From: Nitrososphaeria archaeon | GTDB lineage: Archaea; Thermoproteota; Nitrososphaeria_A; Caldarchaeales; JAVZCJ01 | Length of the DNA stretch: 62,361 bases | Direction: 5' to 3' | Assembly: GCA_041862235.1 (NCBI GenBank) | Contig: JBGVSY010000120.1 | Location: 1-62,361, forward strand | Shown here: positions 8,669 to 18,259 of the stretch, piece by piece | Layout: the number at the start of each line of letters is the position of its first letter | Numbering within the stretch: position 1 is the first letter of the stretch | The notes under the pieces: model-generated | The model's input: only the letters and a program-made list of their open reading frames with translations | Told to the model about the DNA's origin: nothing | The model's database searches: none | Program-made: the position numbers and the translations under genes

Positions 8669-10282
8669 CTAGGTCGGTTTCTTTTTGGATTCCAGAAATC
8701 TCTCCAAGACTGACCTGACTTCCTTCTCTCCGACCGTCTTGATGTATGGACCTATCCTTGGACCGTGGTCGTCTCCCAGGAGGATCTGATAAAGAAGTCT
8801 GAACAGCGAACCGGGGCGGATCCCTCTGCCGCGGGCTGTAGAAAACACCGCCGCTTGAATCTCATCCTCTGTCGTCTCCGTGTGTAGAAAAACAACGAGG
8901 TCTTGGAGGGCCTGAACTTCTTGTTCAGTGGCCTCTACTCCTTCCTCCTGGACAGCGCCGAAGTCGTGAACCCAGTTCGCAACGTATTCAAGACATCTGT
9001 CTATGTTGGGGTGCAGTTCTTCATCGATGTAACCGTACTCCCTGAGCTTGTCTCGGACGTAGTCCCTCGACTGAGCAGTTGGAGCGACCTTCATCAGATG
9101 AGCGAGCAGCCTGTAGGGGATGTAGATGGGAGGCTCCTCCGGGGGATGGAGCAAGTGGCTATATTCGTAAAGTCCTCTGAGTTTCGCTCTTTCCTTCTCA
9201 TCCTTCACGACACTTCTTCCGGAATAGATCTGGCCGAGACGGTTCAATTCATCCATGTACTTCGGCACGTCGACTATGGAGATCTCTCGCGTTCCCTCAT
9301 ACCTTTTGAACATCAAGAGAAGCAGGGATTGCGCTGAGCCGTATCTGTACCAGAGCTGAGGCGTAAGCACGTTTCCAATCGACTTGGAGATCTTCCGGCC
9401 GCCCTTGTCCAGGAATATCTCGTATCTGATGTGATAGGGAGCGGGGGTTTGGAGTATCTCCTCGCAGACGCGGTCGTTTGCTCTGACAGAGTCTGCGATG
9501 TCTTTGCCGTATGCTTCGAAGTTTATCCCTAGCGCAGCCCACCTCACGGCGAACTCCGCTTTCCAAGCTACTTTTCCCTGTCCCTGGGTGAAGTCAGCTT
9601 CCCCTTTGTAACCGCATCCACGGAGCACTCTGCCTCTTACTGTGTCTCCCTCGCATTCGTAGAGGATCTTTCCCTCTCTTGGAATGTATCGCTTCGCTCT
9701 TGCCGTGTATATCCTCCCGCAGTTGGAGCAAACCGGCAGGTACGGAAGCTGAAGGAGGTACTTCTCTTGTCCGGTTTCCTCCTTGAAGATCTCTCCCGCC
9801 CTGTCTGCCTTCTCGAGTATCTTTCTGATGTAGGGAGTGAATGTTCCAGAGCGATACATCTCGGTTGCCGAAAGATGTGTGTACTCTATCCCCGCCTGGT
9901 CGAGGGCCTCAAGCAGGAGAGAGTTCATGTGTGAGGCGTAGCTTTCGTGGCAGGACCATGGATCTGCTATTGAGCTCACCGGGAAACCCAGGTACTCCTT
10001 GAGAGAGGGGGGAAGACCAGCTGGAACCCTGCGCAACCCGTCCATGTCGTCTGAATAAGCTATGAACTCAGACTTGTGTCCCTGATCTTGAAGCGAGAGC
10101 GCAACTCCGTGGGCTCGAGCTGCATCGCCGAAGCTTCCTATGTGGGGTACACCGGAAGAGCCAAAGCCGCTCTCGGTTCTTAGCACGGGGCTCCTTCTGT
10201 GAATTTTCATTTCTCTCTCAACGATGTCGCGTGCTAGCTTGTCCAGCCAAGTGCCTCTTCCTATTATCTCGGGTTTGGGCAT
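8669..10282 (-). CDS. lysK: lysine--tRNA ligase, class I
   Basis: It has a class I HIGH-type motif (PHIGSFGD) and a KMSKS-type motif (KISKSIGN). Length and layout fit archaeal class I LysRS. Confidence 0.9.
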   Translation of the reverse strand: MPKPEIIGRGTWLDKLARDIVEREMKIHRRSPVLRTESGFGSSGVPHIGSFGDAARAHGVALSLQDQGHKSEFIAYSDDMDGLRRVPAGLPPSLKEYLGFPVSSIADPWSCHESYASHMNSLLLEALDQAGIEYTHLSATEMYRSGTFTPYIRKILEKADRAGEIFKEETGQEKYLLQLPYLPVCSNCGRIYTARAKRYIPREGKILYECEGDTVRGRVLRGCGYKGEADFTQGQGKVAWKAEFAVRWAALGINFEAYGKDIADSVRANDRVCEEILQTPAPYHIRYEIFLDKGGRKISKSIGNVLTPQLWYRYGSAQSLLLLMFKRYEGTREISIVDVPKYMDELNRLGQIYSGRSVVKDEKERAKLRGLYEYSHLLHPPEEPPIYIPYRLLAHLMKVAPTAQSRDYVRDKLREYGYIDEELHPNIDRCLEYVANWVHDFGAVQEEGVEATEQEVQALQDLVVFLHTETTEDEIQAAVFSTARGRGIRPGSLFRLLYQILLGDDHGPRIGPYIKTVGEKEVRSVLERFLESKKKPT

Positions 10283-10300
10283 CCCGGGCGTTTCCTCTTC

Positions 10301-11803
10301 GTGCCTCTGCTTTCGACATTCGGGACGGGCTCATTTAAGAGTTGCCGGGTTCGAGGGCTCGAAAGGTTTTATTTCTCAGCCGATGGATCGATTCGAGGGG
10401 CTGAGTTTCTGTTGGTGTTCGGGCTCGCCGCCGAAGCGGTGAAGGATAAGCTCTCGACTGGTCAACTGACGGTCGCTGTCTACGGTCTTGGAAGGGTTGG
10501 CTTGCCGTTGGCTGTTTCATGGCTTATGGCAGGGGCTGAGGTGATAGGGGTCAGCAGAACGAGAAAGACCGTCCGCAGTGTCATGTCAATGAAGTGCCGT
10601 TTTGATGAGCCCGGCATACCTGAGGCGTTGAAGAGGTTCGTTCCAAAGGGTAGGCTCACAGCTACAACCGACGGGGTGGCCGCTTCGAAAAGGTCTGAGG
10701 TGAAGCTCATCGCCGTTCCCTCCACGGTTGACTTAGAGAGCCGGACCGTCGACCTTTCATCCCTAGAGGACGTGTACCCAAAGATCGGCAGGGGATTGAA
10801 GAAGGGAGACTTGGTCATCACTGAGACCAGCGTCCCCCCAGGAACGACCAGAAGGGTGGCGAAGCCTCTGCTGGAGGAGGAGAGCGGGCTCAAGGTGGGA
10901 ACCGACTTTGGGCTGGCATACAGCCCCGAGAGAATATACGAAGGTAGGGCTGTCAAAGACATCGTTGAGAACTATCCCAAGGTCGTTGGGGCTGACGATT
11001 CCCTCAGCCTCGATGCGGCAGCCGCGCTCTACGAGTGCATAGCACAGAAGGGAGTCATCAGGCTTTCGTCGAGCGCTGCAGCTGAAGCCGAGAAGCTTTT
11101 CGAAGGGGTCTACCGAGACGTCAACATCGCTCTGGCGAATGAGTTGGCGAAGTTCTGCCAGGCTTTTGGTGTGGATTTCTGGGAGACACGGCGAGCAGCG
11201 AATAGTCAGCCCTTCTGCCATCTTCACTGGCCCGGGCCCGGAGTTGGCGGGTGGTGTATCCCACACTACCCGTATTTCGTGATAAGTGAGGCGAGCAAGG
11301 TGGGTGTCAACCTTCCTTTGACAAAGCTTGCGAGAGAAACAAACGAGACCATGCCTCATTACATTGTGAGACTGTTGTGCAAGGAGGCCGTTGCAAGGAA
11401 GCTGAAGGTCGGTCGTTCCAAGGTCGCTATCCTTGGATTGGCGTTCAGGGGGGATGTCGCTGACACCCGGCTCTCACCGACCTATGATCTTGCGATGGAG
11501 CTGAAGTCTCTCGGCGCAGAAGTCTGGGTCTACGATCCCTGGATTAAGGCCAGGGATGAGGGGCTGAGGGAGAAGGGGGCCAGACAGACATCGAGCCTTC
11601 GAACGGCGCTGAAAAACGCATCCTTCGTCTTGGTTGCAACCGACCACACTGAGTTCAGGAAACTCTCTCTAAAACAGTTGCTCAGGGCTTCCGGACGGGA
11701 TAGCATCCTGGTCGTCGACACCAGAAACGTTCTGGACGCCTCAGAGGTACCCGACGACGTCTCCTATGTGGTCTTGGGCAACGGAGGGGCTCGGGAAAAA
11801 TGA
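10301..11803 (+). CDS. nucleotide-sugar dehydrogenase (UDP-ManNAc / UDP-glucose dehydrogenase family)
   Basis: It has a Rossmann GxGxxG (VYGLGRVGLP), a central helical domain (PERIYEGRA, EAEKLFEGVYRDVNIALANELA) and a C-terminal UDP-binding domain (ILGLAFRGDVADTRLSP). The true start is probably the in-frame GTG at 10439. Confidence 0.8.
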   Translation: MPLLSTFGTGSFKSCRVRGLERFYFSADGSIRGAEFLLVFGLAAEAVKDKLSTGQLTVAVYGLGRVGLPLAVSWLMAGAEVIGVSRTRKTVRSVMSMKCRFDEPGIPEALKRFVPKGRLTATTDGVAASKRSEVKLIAVPSTVDLESRTVDLSSLEDVYPKIGRGLKKGDLVITETSVPPGTTRRVAKPLLEEESGLKVGTDFGLAYSPERIYEGRAVKDIVENYPKVVGADDSLSLDAAAALYECIAQKGVIRLSSSAAAEAEKLFEGVYRDVNIALANELAKFCQAFGVDFWETRRAANSQPFCHLHWPGPGVGGWCIPHYPYFVISEASKVGVNLPLTKLARETNETMPHYIVRLLCKEAVARKLKVGRSKVAILGLAFRGDVADTRLSPTYDLAMELKSLGAEVWVYDPWIKARDEGLREKGARQTSSLRTALKNASFVLVATDHTEFRKLSLKQLLRASGRDSILVVDTRNVLDASEVPDDVSYVVLGNGGAREK

Positions 11804-12699
11804 AAGTGGCTGTGACCACGGGCAGCGTCTCTCCCGCACGCTCTTGGCATGTGAGCCAGCTTAGAAAGGCTTTCCAACGGCGGGGAGACGAGATTGTCAC
11901 CTTCTCACTGAACGGGATCACAGGCCGAATCGGGCTGAACTCTCTTGCGAGCCATAACGGTGTCAGGCTCGACGACCTCGACGCCGTGGTTGTGCGGCCG
12001 GTGGGCAGAGGCTCCGTGGACGAGCTATTCTTCAGGATGGATTTCCTAAGGAGGTTAGAGCGGTCTGGAGTCACAGTCGTCAATCGTCCGCAGGCGATCG
12101 AGAGGGCGGTCAACAAGTACAACGCACTGGCACTGTTGGAGGAGAGCGGACTCCCCGTGCCGAGAACGGTGGTGTCGACCAAGGTGGAAGACGCTCTTCT
12201 GGGGTTCGAGGAACTGGGAGGAGACGTGGTGGTAAAGCCTCTGTTTGGTTCGCGAGGGGAGGGAACGACGCGCGTTGCCGATCCCGAAATAGCTCTCAGG
12301 ATTTTCAGAAACCTCCTTTACTATCGCAAGGTCATCTACCTTCAAGAGTTCGTCGACCACGCGAACCGGGATTACCGCTTGTTTGTGGTAGGAGATGACG
12401 TGGCGGCCTCGATGGTACGCGCCTCGAGCACTTGGAAGACCAACATAGCACAAGGGGCAAGAGCTGAGCCGTTCATTCCGACCAACCGTATGCGTAAAGA
12501 CTGCCTGGACGCGTGCGACGCTCTTGGGTGTGAGGTCGCGGGGGTGGACGTTTTGCCCTCGGGACACGATGAGTACGTGTTTACAGAGGTGAACAGCCAG
12601 CCAGGTTGGCGCGGACTTCAGTCCGTCACGAAGAGAAACATAGCCCGACTTATTGCTGAGCACGTCGCAGAGCTAACCCAGCCCAAAAACTCTTTATAA
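11800..12699 (+). CDS. RimK-family ATP-grasp ligase (alpha-L-glutamate ligase; MptN/CofF-like)
   Basis: The ATP-grasp layout includes VVVKPLFGSRGEG, YLQEFV, DYRLFVVGD and EVNSQPGW. The start overlaps the upstream stop (ATGA). Confidence 0.75.
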   Translation: MKVAVTTGSVSPARSWHVSQLRKAFQRRGDEIVTFSLNGITGRIGLNSLASHNGVRLDDLDAVVVRPVGRGSVDELFFRMDFLRRLERSGVTVVNRPQAIERAVNKYNALALLEESGLPVPRTVVSTKVEDALLGFEELGGDVVVKPLFGSRGEGTTRVADPEIALRIFRNLLYYRKVIYLQEFVDHANRDYRLFVVGDDVAASMVRASSTWKTNIAQGARAEPFIPTNRMRKDCLDACDALGCEVAGVDVLPSGHDEYVFTEVNSQPGWRGLQSVTKRNIARLIAEHVAELTQPKNSL

Positions 12700-12746
12700 C
12701 GAGACCCGGCCGCTGCGTCTCGAAGCAGAATCTGCGTGGACCTAAG

Positions 12747-13436
12747 ATGAAGTGCGCTACCCTCATAGTGGCGACGAGAGGGTCGGGCGGGTTGCCGCGT
12801 TACAAGGGTCTGGCCATGGTAGCGGGGAAAACGATGATCGAGCATGAGATCAACGCAGTACCAGAAGACTCCTCCGAGATCTTCATCTCGACTGATTCAA
12901 GGGAAGAGGCTGACGCGTACAGAGAAGTGGCAGAGAGGGTCGGAGCGACGACCATCTGGGTGCAGTCACCTTCGGGAGGAATGACGGAGAAGCTGATCGC
13001 TGCTTTCAAGAGATCCGACGCAGACGCGTTTCTCGTTCTCCCCTGCGACACTCCCCTGGTCTCCAAAGCGCTCACGTCGTTCCTTCTCGAAGTGGCCCCT
13101 GGCTTCAACGCAGTTATCCCAAGGTGGCCCAACGGAGACGCGGAGCTGCTTCATGCTTCCTACAACCGTAGCAGGTTTATCGAGTGCACCAGCTCGCTGA
13201 AGCCCCGCGAGCTCTACCTTTCGGAATTGGTGAGGAGGTTGGGCAACGTCTTGTACGTCCTGACCGAGACTCTCAAGCAGGTGGACGATAGGCTGGAATC
13301 ATTCTTCGTGGTTGAATCTAAGAGGGACCTAGGTAGAGTTCGGAGCATCCTGGAAAGACGACTCAGGTCCGCTTCGACACGAAGTGGCAAGAAGAGACGA
13401 GAGAACCGTAAGGGACGAAGGCGAGAGAAGGACTGA
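12747..13436 (+). CDS. MobA-like NTP transferase with basic C-terminal tail
   Basis: LIVATRGSGG...GKTMIEH and FLVLPCDTPL resemble the MobA/NTP_transf_3 core. The C-terminus is Arg/Lys-rich (KKRRENRKGRRREKD). Confidence 0.5.
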   Translation: MKCATLIVATRGSGGLPRYKGLAMVAGKTMIEHEINAVPEDSSEIFISTDSREEADAYREVAERVGATTIWVQSPSGGMTEKLIAAFKRSDADAFLVLPCDTPLVSKALTSFLLEVAPGFNAVIPRWPNGDAELLHASYNRSRFIECTSSLKPRELYLSELVRRLGNVLYVLTETLKQVDDRLESFFVVESKRDLGRVRSILERRLRSASTRSGKKRRENRKGRRREKD

Positions 13437-13518
13437 GAGGTACCGGTCGCGACAACCGTGGCAAATCGGCTGCAAGGCTTTTTAGCCGTCCACCTCTCGT
13501 TCAAACTGACAAGGCGAA

Positions 13519-14511
13519 GTGGCTGAGCACATGGCCCATGTTGAAGGAGACTACGTAGAGACAGGCGAGGGCTTGATCTTTGCTGTAAGGGGCCAAGTCC
13601 ACCCCCCTGGAAAGGTCATTGCCTATCCGCGCTACCTGAGGACCAGGGAAAGAGCAGAAGGCCTACATTCATTATCGGACAGCCTTAGGGTGCTCTACTC
13701 ACGTTTCCCCCAATACCTCTTCTTCGATAAACACTTCATGCAGAACCTGTCCATAGTGCCGGTCGACAAGATAGTTCAAGCGTACTCTGCAAGAGGATAC
13801 CACAGGAAACCAGCCCGAACCGGCAGTAACCTCGACAGAAAGGCTAGAGCCCTGGCTCGGGAGTTAGTGAAGAGAATGGACACCGGACTGAAATGCATGG
13901 GAGTGAGCGGATCTCTGCTGCTGGGCTTCGAAGGTCCAGCCTCGGACTTAGATCTGCTAGTGTATGGCCGGGGGAACTCGAGGAAAGCGTACCGTGCTCT
14001 CCGCGATATACGCGCCGAGGGCCAGACCAAAGCCATCTCACGGGCTGAGGCGCTCTCACTGATGAAGCATCGATCGGACTCGGCCCTGAGTGTTGATGAA
14101 TGGATCGACCAAGAGAGTCGCAAGCTACTTGACGGATCATTTCGAGGGACGAGTTACTCAATCAAACTGGTCCGCCTCCATGCGGGCGCCAACAAGCTGT
14201 ATGCGAGCACACACTGCCTCCCAATGGGCATGGCAACGCTAGTCGGCAGAGTTGAAGACGACTCCGAAGCAATCTACACCCCATGCAGCTACGTCGTTTC
14301 CGATGTCAAGGTCCTAGAGGGAACTCATCATGCGCGCCGAGTGCGAGAAGTCCTCTCGTTCAGAAGCAGGTTCTCAGAGCAAGCACAAACTGGCGAACGG
14401 ATCATAGCTGCTGGCAGGGTCGAGAGGGTTGTCAGGGGGAGGGGAAGTGAAACATGGAGGGTTGTTGTTGGAGGCTTCCAGGAGGACTTCTTGAAGCTTG
14501 AAACGAGTTGA
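13519..14511 (+). CDS. polymerase-beta-superfamily nucleotidyltransferase with C-terminal OB-like domain (tandem paralogue 1)
   Basis: GVSGSLLLGFEGPASDLDLLVYG is a minimal NTase G[SG]-x(n)-DhD motif. The N-terminal DYVETGEGLIFAV..HPPGKVIAYPRY block is shared with the next gene. Confidence 0.6.
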   Translation: MAEHMAHVEGDYVETGEGLIFAVRGQVHPPGKVIAYPRYLRTRERAEGLHSLSDSLRVLYSRFPQYLFFDKHFMQNLSIVPVDKIVQAYSARGYHRKPARTGSNLDRKARALARELVKRMDTGLKCMGVSGSLLLGFEGPASDLDLLVYGRGNSRKAYRALRDIRAEGQTKAISRAEALSLMKHRSDSALSVDEWIDQESRKLLDGSFRGTSYSIKLVRLHAGANKLYASTHCLPMGMATLVGRVEDDSEAIYTPCSYVVSDVKVLEGTHHARRVREVLSFRSRFSEQAQTGERIIAAGRVERVVRGRGSETWRVVVGGFQEDFLKLETS

Positions 14512-15544
14512 TGCGGTCCCTGTCTGCCGAGACAGAGACTACGTAGAAACCGAAGACGGATGGTTCTTCTGCGTCGTCGGAGATCTTCATCCTCCAGACC
14601 GTGTAGTAGCGTACCCGAAATACGCTCCAGGAACGGGACCCTGGAAGAGTGGGTCGAGGAGCTACAAGAGACTCATGTCAGACTACTCAATGGAAGAACT
14701 GACTAGGAATCTCATTGAAATGCGAGGAGAGAGGAGCGGGTACACGTACTCTGATCCATATTTCGGAACCGAGATGTCCTGTGTGCCTTGGAGCAAGGTG
14801 AAGAGACACTTGAAGCCCCGAGAAAGGCTGAATCAACTGGATAGAGAGGAGAAGCGATCTCCACTCATCAACAGACTCCTCCACCTTGTCGATCTCTTGT
14901 CGGGCGAGTCTGGTGTCAAGCGAGAAAGCTTTGGCGTCACAGGGTCGATACTGCTCGGCATTCAGCAGGAGTTCTCAGACTTGGACCTAGTGGTGTACGG
15001 TGGTGGCAACTTCAAGTCTTTGCGGCCCTGCGTGGAGAAGCTGCGTGCTGAAGGTTTGCTTGAACGTTTGTCGGCGAAGTCTCAGGCAGAATGGATGGAA
15101 CGGAGGCTTCGGAGCTACCCCTTGACGAAGGGGAACCTTGGACGCCTCCTAGAGAGGACATGGACTAGGGGGATGGCAGATGGCACAACCTTCTCTCTCC
15201 ACGCGGTTCGCCCGGAGGACGAGGTGACGGAGACATATGGTGACTGGCGATACAGAAGTCTCGGTCTCCACAGAGTCCGAGCGACAGTCGTAGACACGGG
15301 TGAGGGATGCTACAATCCTGCATTATACCGTCTCAAGGAAGCTGTCACAGACGATATGGGCCTATCAGTTTCTGAGCTGGCTTCATATGACGGAACCTTT
15401 GCCTCCGTTTTTCAGGAGGGGGATGTGTTGGACCTCTACGGCAAGCTTGAGGTCGGCACGTCGGCTCATGGTGAACCTGATCGAATTAGGTTGCTTCTGG
15501 GAACCTTCGAGGGTGCGGGGAAGGAATTCGCCCGGCTTCTCTAG
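14498..15544 (+). CDS. polymerase-beta-superfamily nucleotidyltransferase with C-terminal OB-like domain (tandem paralogue 2)
   Basis: GVTGSILLGIQQEFSDLDLVVYGG and DYVETEDGWFFCVVGDLHPPDRVVAYPKY are collinear with 13519..14511. The apparent TTG start overlaps the upstream gene by 14 nt. Confidence 0.6.
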   Translation: MKRVDAVPVCRDRDYVETEDGWFFCVVGDLHPPDRVVAYPKYAPGTGPWKSGSRSYKRLMSDYSMEELTRNLIEMRGERSGYTYSDPYFGTEMSCVPWSKVKRHLKPRERLNQLDREEKRSPLINRLLHLVDLLSGESGVKRESFGVTGSILLGIQQEFSDLDLVVYGGGNFKSLRPCVEKLRAEGLLERLSAKSQAEWMERRLRSYPLTKGNLGRLLERTWTRGMADGTTFSLHAVRPEDEVTETYGDWRYRSLGLHRVRATVVDTGEGCYNPALYRLKEAVTDDMGLSVSELASYDGTFASVFQEGDVLDLYGKLEVGTSAHGEPDRIRLLLGTFEGAGKEFARLL

Positions 15545-17220
15545 CTGCGTAGCTTTCGGTCAATCGTCTGTACTATCTTGGACTGTGCCCAAACAGGGGT
15601 CCACGGAAGAAGGGTTCTCATGTACTTTAGCTGCTTCGCCTTAGCCACAACCTCCGGGTCTCCTCTATCAAGGTATCCGTCTAGGAGGCTGGACACATAC
15701 TTGGTTAGCTTCTCCCCCGAGAGGTAGTGCCCTGTGTAGAACAAGATCTCTGCGACATCCCAGGGTTGATCTCCGCCGGTCTCCGCCTGCTCCAAGTCTG
15801 TCAGGAAGACGCCCCGACTTTCTGTTGCGATGAAGTTGTCGGGCTTACAGTCCCCCAGAGCCACGTCTACGCCGTGAACCCTTGCCAGTTCACTTCCGGC
15901 TTTCGTCGCTGATTTCTCGGCCAGCGAAAGTCGATCTCTTCCGATGGTCCTCCAGATGTTCAGTAGATCGCTGCCCTCCACGAACTCTTGGAAGATCATT
16001 CGGCGTTTCCAGTTTACGTGGAGCAAGTCAGCTGTGTTGAAACCTTTTCGTGCAAGGTATCTGATGAAATGGATCTCGTTGGACATCCTCGTCTTGGCGA
16101 GCACGGAGAAGTTCTTCAGACCCACGGTCCAGAGCCAAGCTACCAGCCACTTCATGTCTGTCCAATTCAGATACTTCTTGACGAAGAGTCTGCGGGGCCC
16201 GTCTCCGTGAGATACGGTGACTCTGTAGGTGGAGTTCAGCACAGCTCCTACCTTGTCGACAACAACCTCTTCGGGACCCGCGCCCAGTTGCTTCTCAGCA
16301 TATTCGTAGATGTCCAGCTGCTCGATGGCTGACTGCGGCCCAGAGGGAGTGTCGAAGTACAGGTATTCATCGGGATCTGGGAGCGTCGCTTCTTCTCGCT
16401 TCTTAACCCCTCTACGGATCTTTGAGACTAGCTCTTCGGCAACAAGCCGGGGGTTTATTCTCCCTGCGAATCCGTGTGTTACGTACATCCTGATTGTGCG
16501 CTCAATCTCACCCGTCTGCTTCGCAACATATGCCTCCGCCTTCAAGCAGCTGCTCACGAATTCCTTCGAGACCTTGTAGTAGCCGTCGGATCGAATCAGC
16601 GTGCCGTCCTCCACGAGTGATTCGAGCGAGGGAACGAAGCGCTGCACCATCATCTGGAGGTTTACAGAGCCTTGGGGCGGCCTGAGAATGTTGGCGTAGC
16701 TGAATTTCACGGGCGGGTAGAGGGACGCTCTACGCCTCATCTTGTCGAAGACAAAATACTCGGGTCGAATGAGCATCTCAGCCGCCGCGATTCGTCGTTC
16801 GAGGGAAAGGTTTCGAAGAGTCTCAGTGGCTATTCTCTTCTTTGAGTGGAAGTCTGCGCTGCGGATGAGTTCACCCCCCAGCACCGGGTAATACGGCGTG
16901 AGGAGGCGACCTGAGACGAATTCCCCGAGGGAGGCTTTCTTCATATCTGCCTCGAAGACCTCTTTGTCAACAGCGAGCAGCGCAACGGTGGGGCGCTCCT
17001 CCCTGACGTAGATGTACTTGATAGACGGTTCAAAGTTCTCTGCTACCAGCAGGGCATCCAGATCGCTGTCGGCCGAGGCGTATCCAGATATCTGGGATCC
17101 GTAGAGACAGAGCGCTGACCAAGACTCCGGTGGGACCTTTCTTTCAGCTGCTCGCGTAGCCGTCTTCGAAAGGTCCGTCAACCTCTTGGGGCCGACGGCG
17201 TACTCCATTGTCTCCGGCAC
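15541..17220 (-). CDS. fusion protein: N-terminal nucleotidyltransferase-fold domain + C-terminal atypical (Bud32/RIO/LPS-kinase-like) protein kinase domain
   Basis: The N-terminus has an NTase motif (LYGSQISGYASADSDLDALLV). The C-terminus has a kinase catalytic-loop-like LGDCKPDNFI followed by FLTDLEQA. The start (GTG 17220 or ATG 17208) abuts the ftr stop. Confidence 0.6.
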   Translation of the reverse strand: MPETMEYAVGPKRLTDLSKTATRAAERKVPPESWSALCLYGSQISGYASADSDLDALLVAENFEPSIKYIYVREERPTVALLAVDKEVFEADMKKASLGEFVSGRLLTPYYPVLGGELIRSADFHSKKRIATETLRNLSLERRIAAAEMLIRPEYFVFDKMRRRASLYPPVKFSYANILRPPQGSVNLQMMVQRFVPSLESLVEDGTLIRSDGYYKVSKEFVSSCLKAEAYVAKQTGEIERTIRMYVTHGFAGRINPRLVAEELVSKIRRGVKKREEATLPDPDEYLYFDTPSGPQSAIEQLDIYEYAEKQLGAGPEEVVVDKVGAVLNSTYRVTVSHGDGPRRLFVKKYLNWTDMKWLVAWLWTVGLKNFSVLAKTRMSNEIHFIRYLARKGFNTADLLHVNWKRRMIFQEFVEGSDLLNIWRTIGRDRLSLAEKSATKAGSELARVHGVDVALGDCKPDNFIATESRGVFLTDLEQAETGGDQPWDVAEILFYTGHYLSGEKLTKYVSSLLDGYLDRGDPEVVAKAKQLKYMRTLLPWTPVWAQSKIVQTIDRKLRS

Positions 17221-18116
17221 TACTCGAGGAGCTCCTTAAGAATGACCCTGTATGGGCCAAGCTTCCCACCGTAGTTTGCGGCAGTTATCTCTACGACACC
17301 CGGGGAGCCTGCGGCTGCTTTCAAGCCGGCTTTCATGGCCTCTGCGACAGCCTGGAGCGTCAGCCCGTTGATCACTATCTCGTAGACGTTCCACGCCTCT
17401 GGGGGTAGAAGGGTCTCTACCTTGTCCCTTATCATCGGACAGAACGCATCGTTTGTGGAGGCCCTCAGCTTGTATTTCTTCGAACCTACCTTCGAGCCAG
17501 ACCGGCAGATCCCTCCGGGGAATGTAAGAACAACATCGTTTACCTTGGAAATCGCTTCAACAGCGTTCTCGGTCGCCTTCAACCCCGAGTCCTGATCCCT
17601 AGAGAGAATGAGGAGGTTCCCCCCTGCCACGGCCTCTATGGTGCCAAAGGTGGATTGGATCACGAACTCGCCCTCCATTACGGGAATGATCCAGACCTTT
17701 CTTCCTTTCAGCTCGTCCTTCTTCTGATACCCATCACCGAAGTACCGTAGGCTCGAACCGACTTTCAACCGTCTCTTCGCGTTCTCTAAGCCGTCGTAGG
17801 CGGCTGTAGTGGGGCAAGTAAGCACACACTGGCCTATTCTGGCTATGAGCTGCGCCTTCAGACTTCTCCTGTCTCGGTGATAGAAATGGAGGAGAATCCC
17901 GGGCCTCCCGTCAGGCGTCAGCTCAGGTGGGACTGTGCGTTCAATGCCGGCCTCCGCTGGTGAAGCTATTATCGAAACCCCGAAACCAGTAGCCGCTCTT
18001 CCTGAGATGAGGCACCACTTCTCGTCCTTCGCTGTAACCAACACCCTGCTAGCCCACATTGGAAAGAGCTCAGCGAAGGTGTCCTCTATCTTCACACCGT
18101 TAAGCTCGAGAGCCAT
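17220..18116 (-). CDS. ftr: formylmethanofuran--tetrahydromethanopterin N-formyltransferase
   Basis: It is collinear with methanogen Ftr as I remember it: LNGVKIEDTFAE, RIGQCVLTCPTTAAYDG, FGDGYQKKDELKGRKVWIIPVMEGEF, GSKVGSKKYKLRASTNDAFCP, YEIVINGL. Confidence 0.9.
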   Translation of the reverse strand: MALELNGVKIEDTFAELFPMWASRVLVTAKDEKWCLISGRAATGFGVSIIASPAEAGIERTVPPELTPDGRPGILLHFYHRDRRSLKAQLIARIGQCVLTCPTTAAYDGLENAKRRLKVGSSLRYFGDGYQKKDELKGRKVWIIPVMEGEFVIQSTFGTIEAVAGGNLLILSRDQDSGLKATENAVEAISKVNDVVLTFPGGICRSGSKVGSKKYKLRASTNDAFCPMIRDKVETLLPPEAWNVYEIVINGLTLQAVAEAMKAGLKAAAGSPGVVEITAANYGGKLGPYRVILKELLE

Positions 18117-18259
18117 TCAGCGTCCGCCACAGGTACGCTAGGACAAAACCTGATAACTTTTTCTGAGGTGATGACGGGTCGAAATCGTTTTATATCGGAA
18201 TCCGGAGGGACCGCGAGTTTCGATCGATCGCAGAAAATACTAGTTCAAGGTGTGCCTAG

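Noticed and set aside
10301-10438. An ATG-initiated N-terminal extension of 46 codons precedes the nucleotide-sugar dehydrogenase core.
   Set aside because: The extension lies in the divergent promoter gap shared with lysK, and its sequence is unlike dehydrogenase N-termini. An in-frame GTG at 10439 sits just before the Rossmann GxGxxG. I kept the ORF-track coordinates in the feature but flagged the start as doubtful.
18163-18174. A C/D-box sRNA-like CTGA...GTGATGA lies in the ftr / surface-protein intergenic region.
   Set aside because: No D box (CTGA) lies at the expected 50-70 nt downstream, and there is no terminal stem. A C-box heptamer alone is not evidence.
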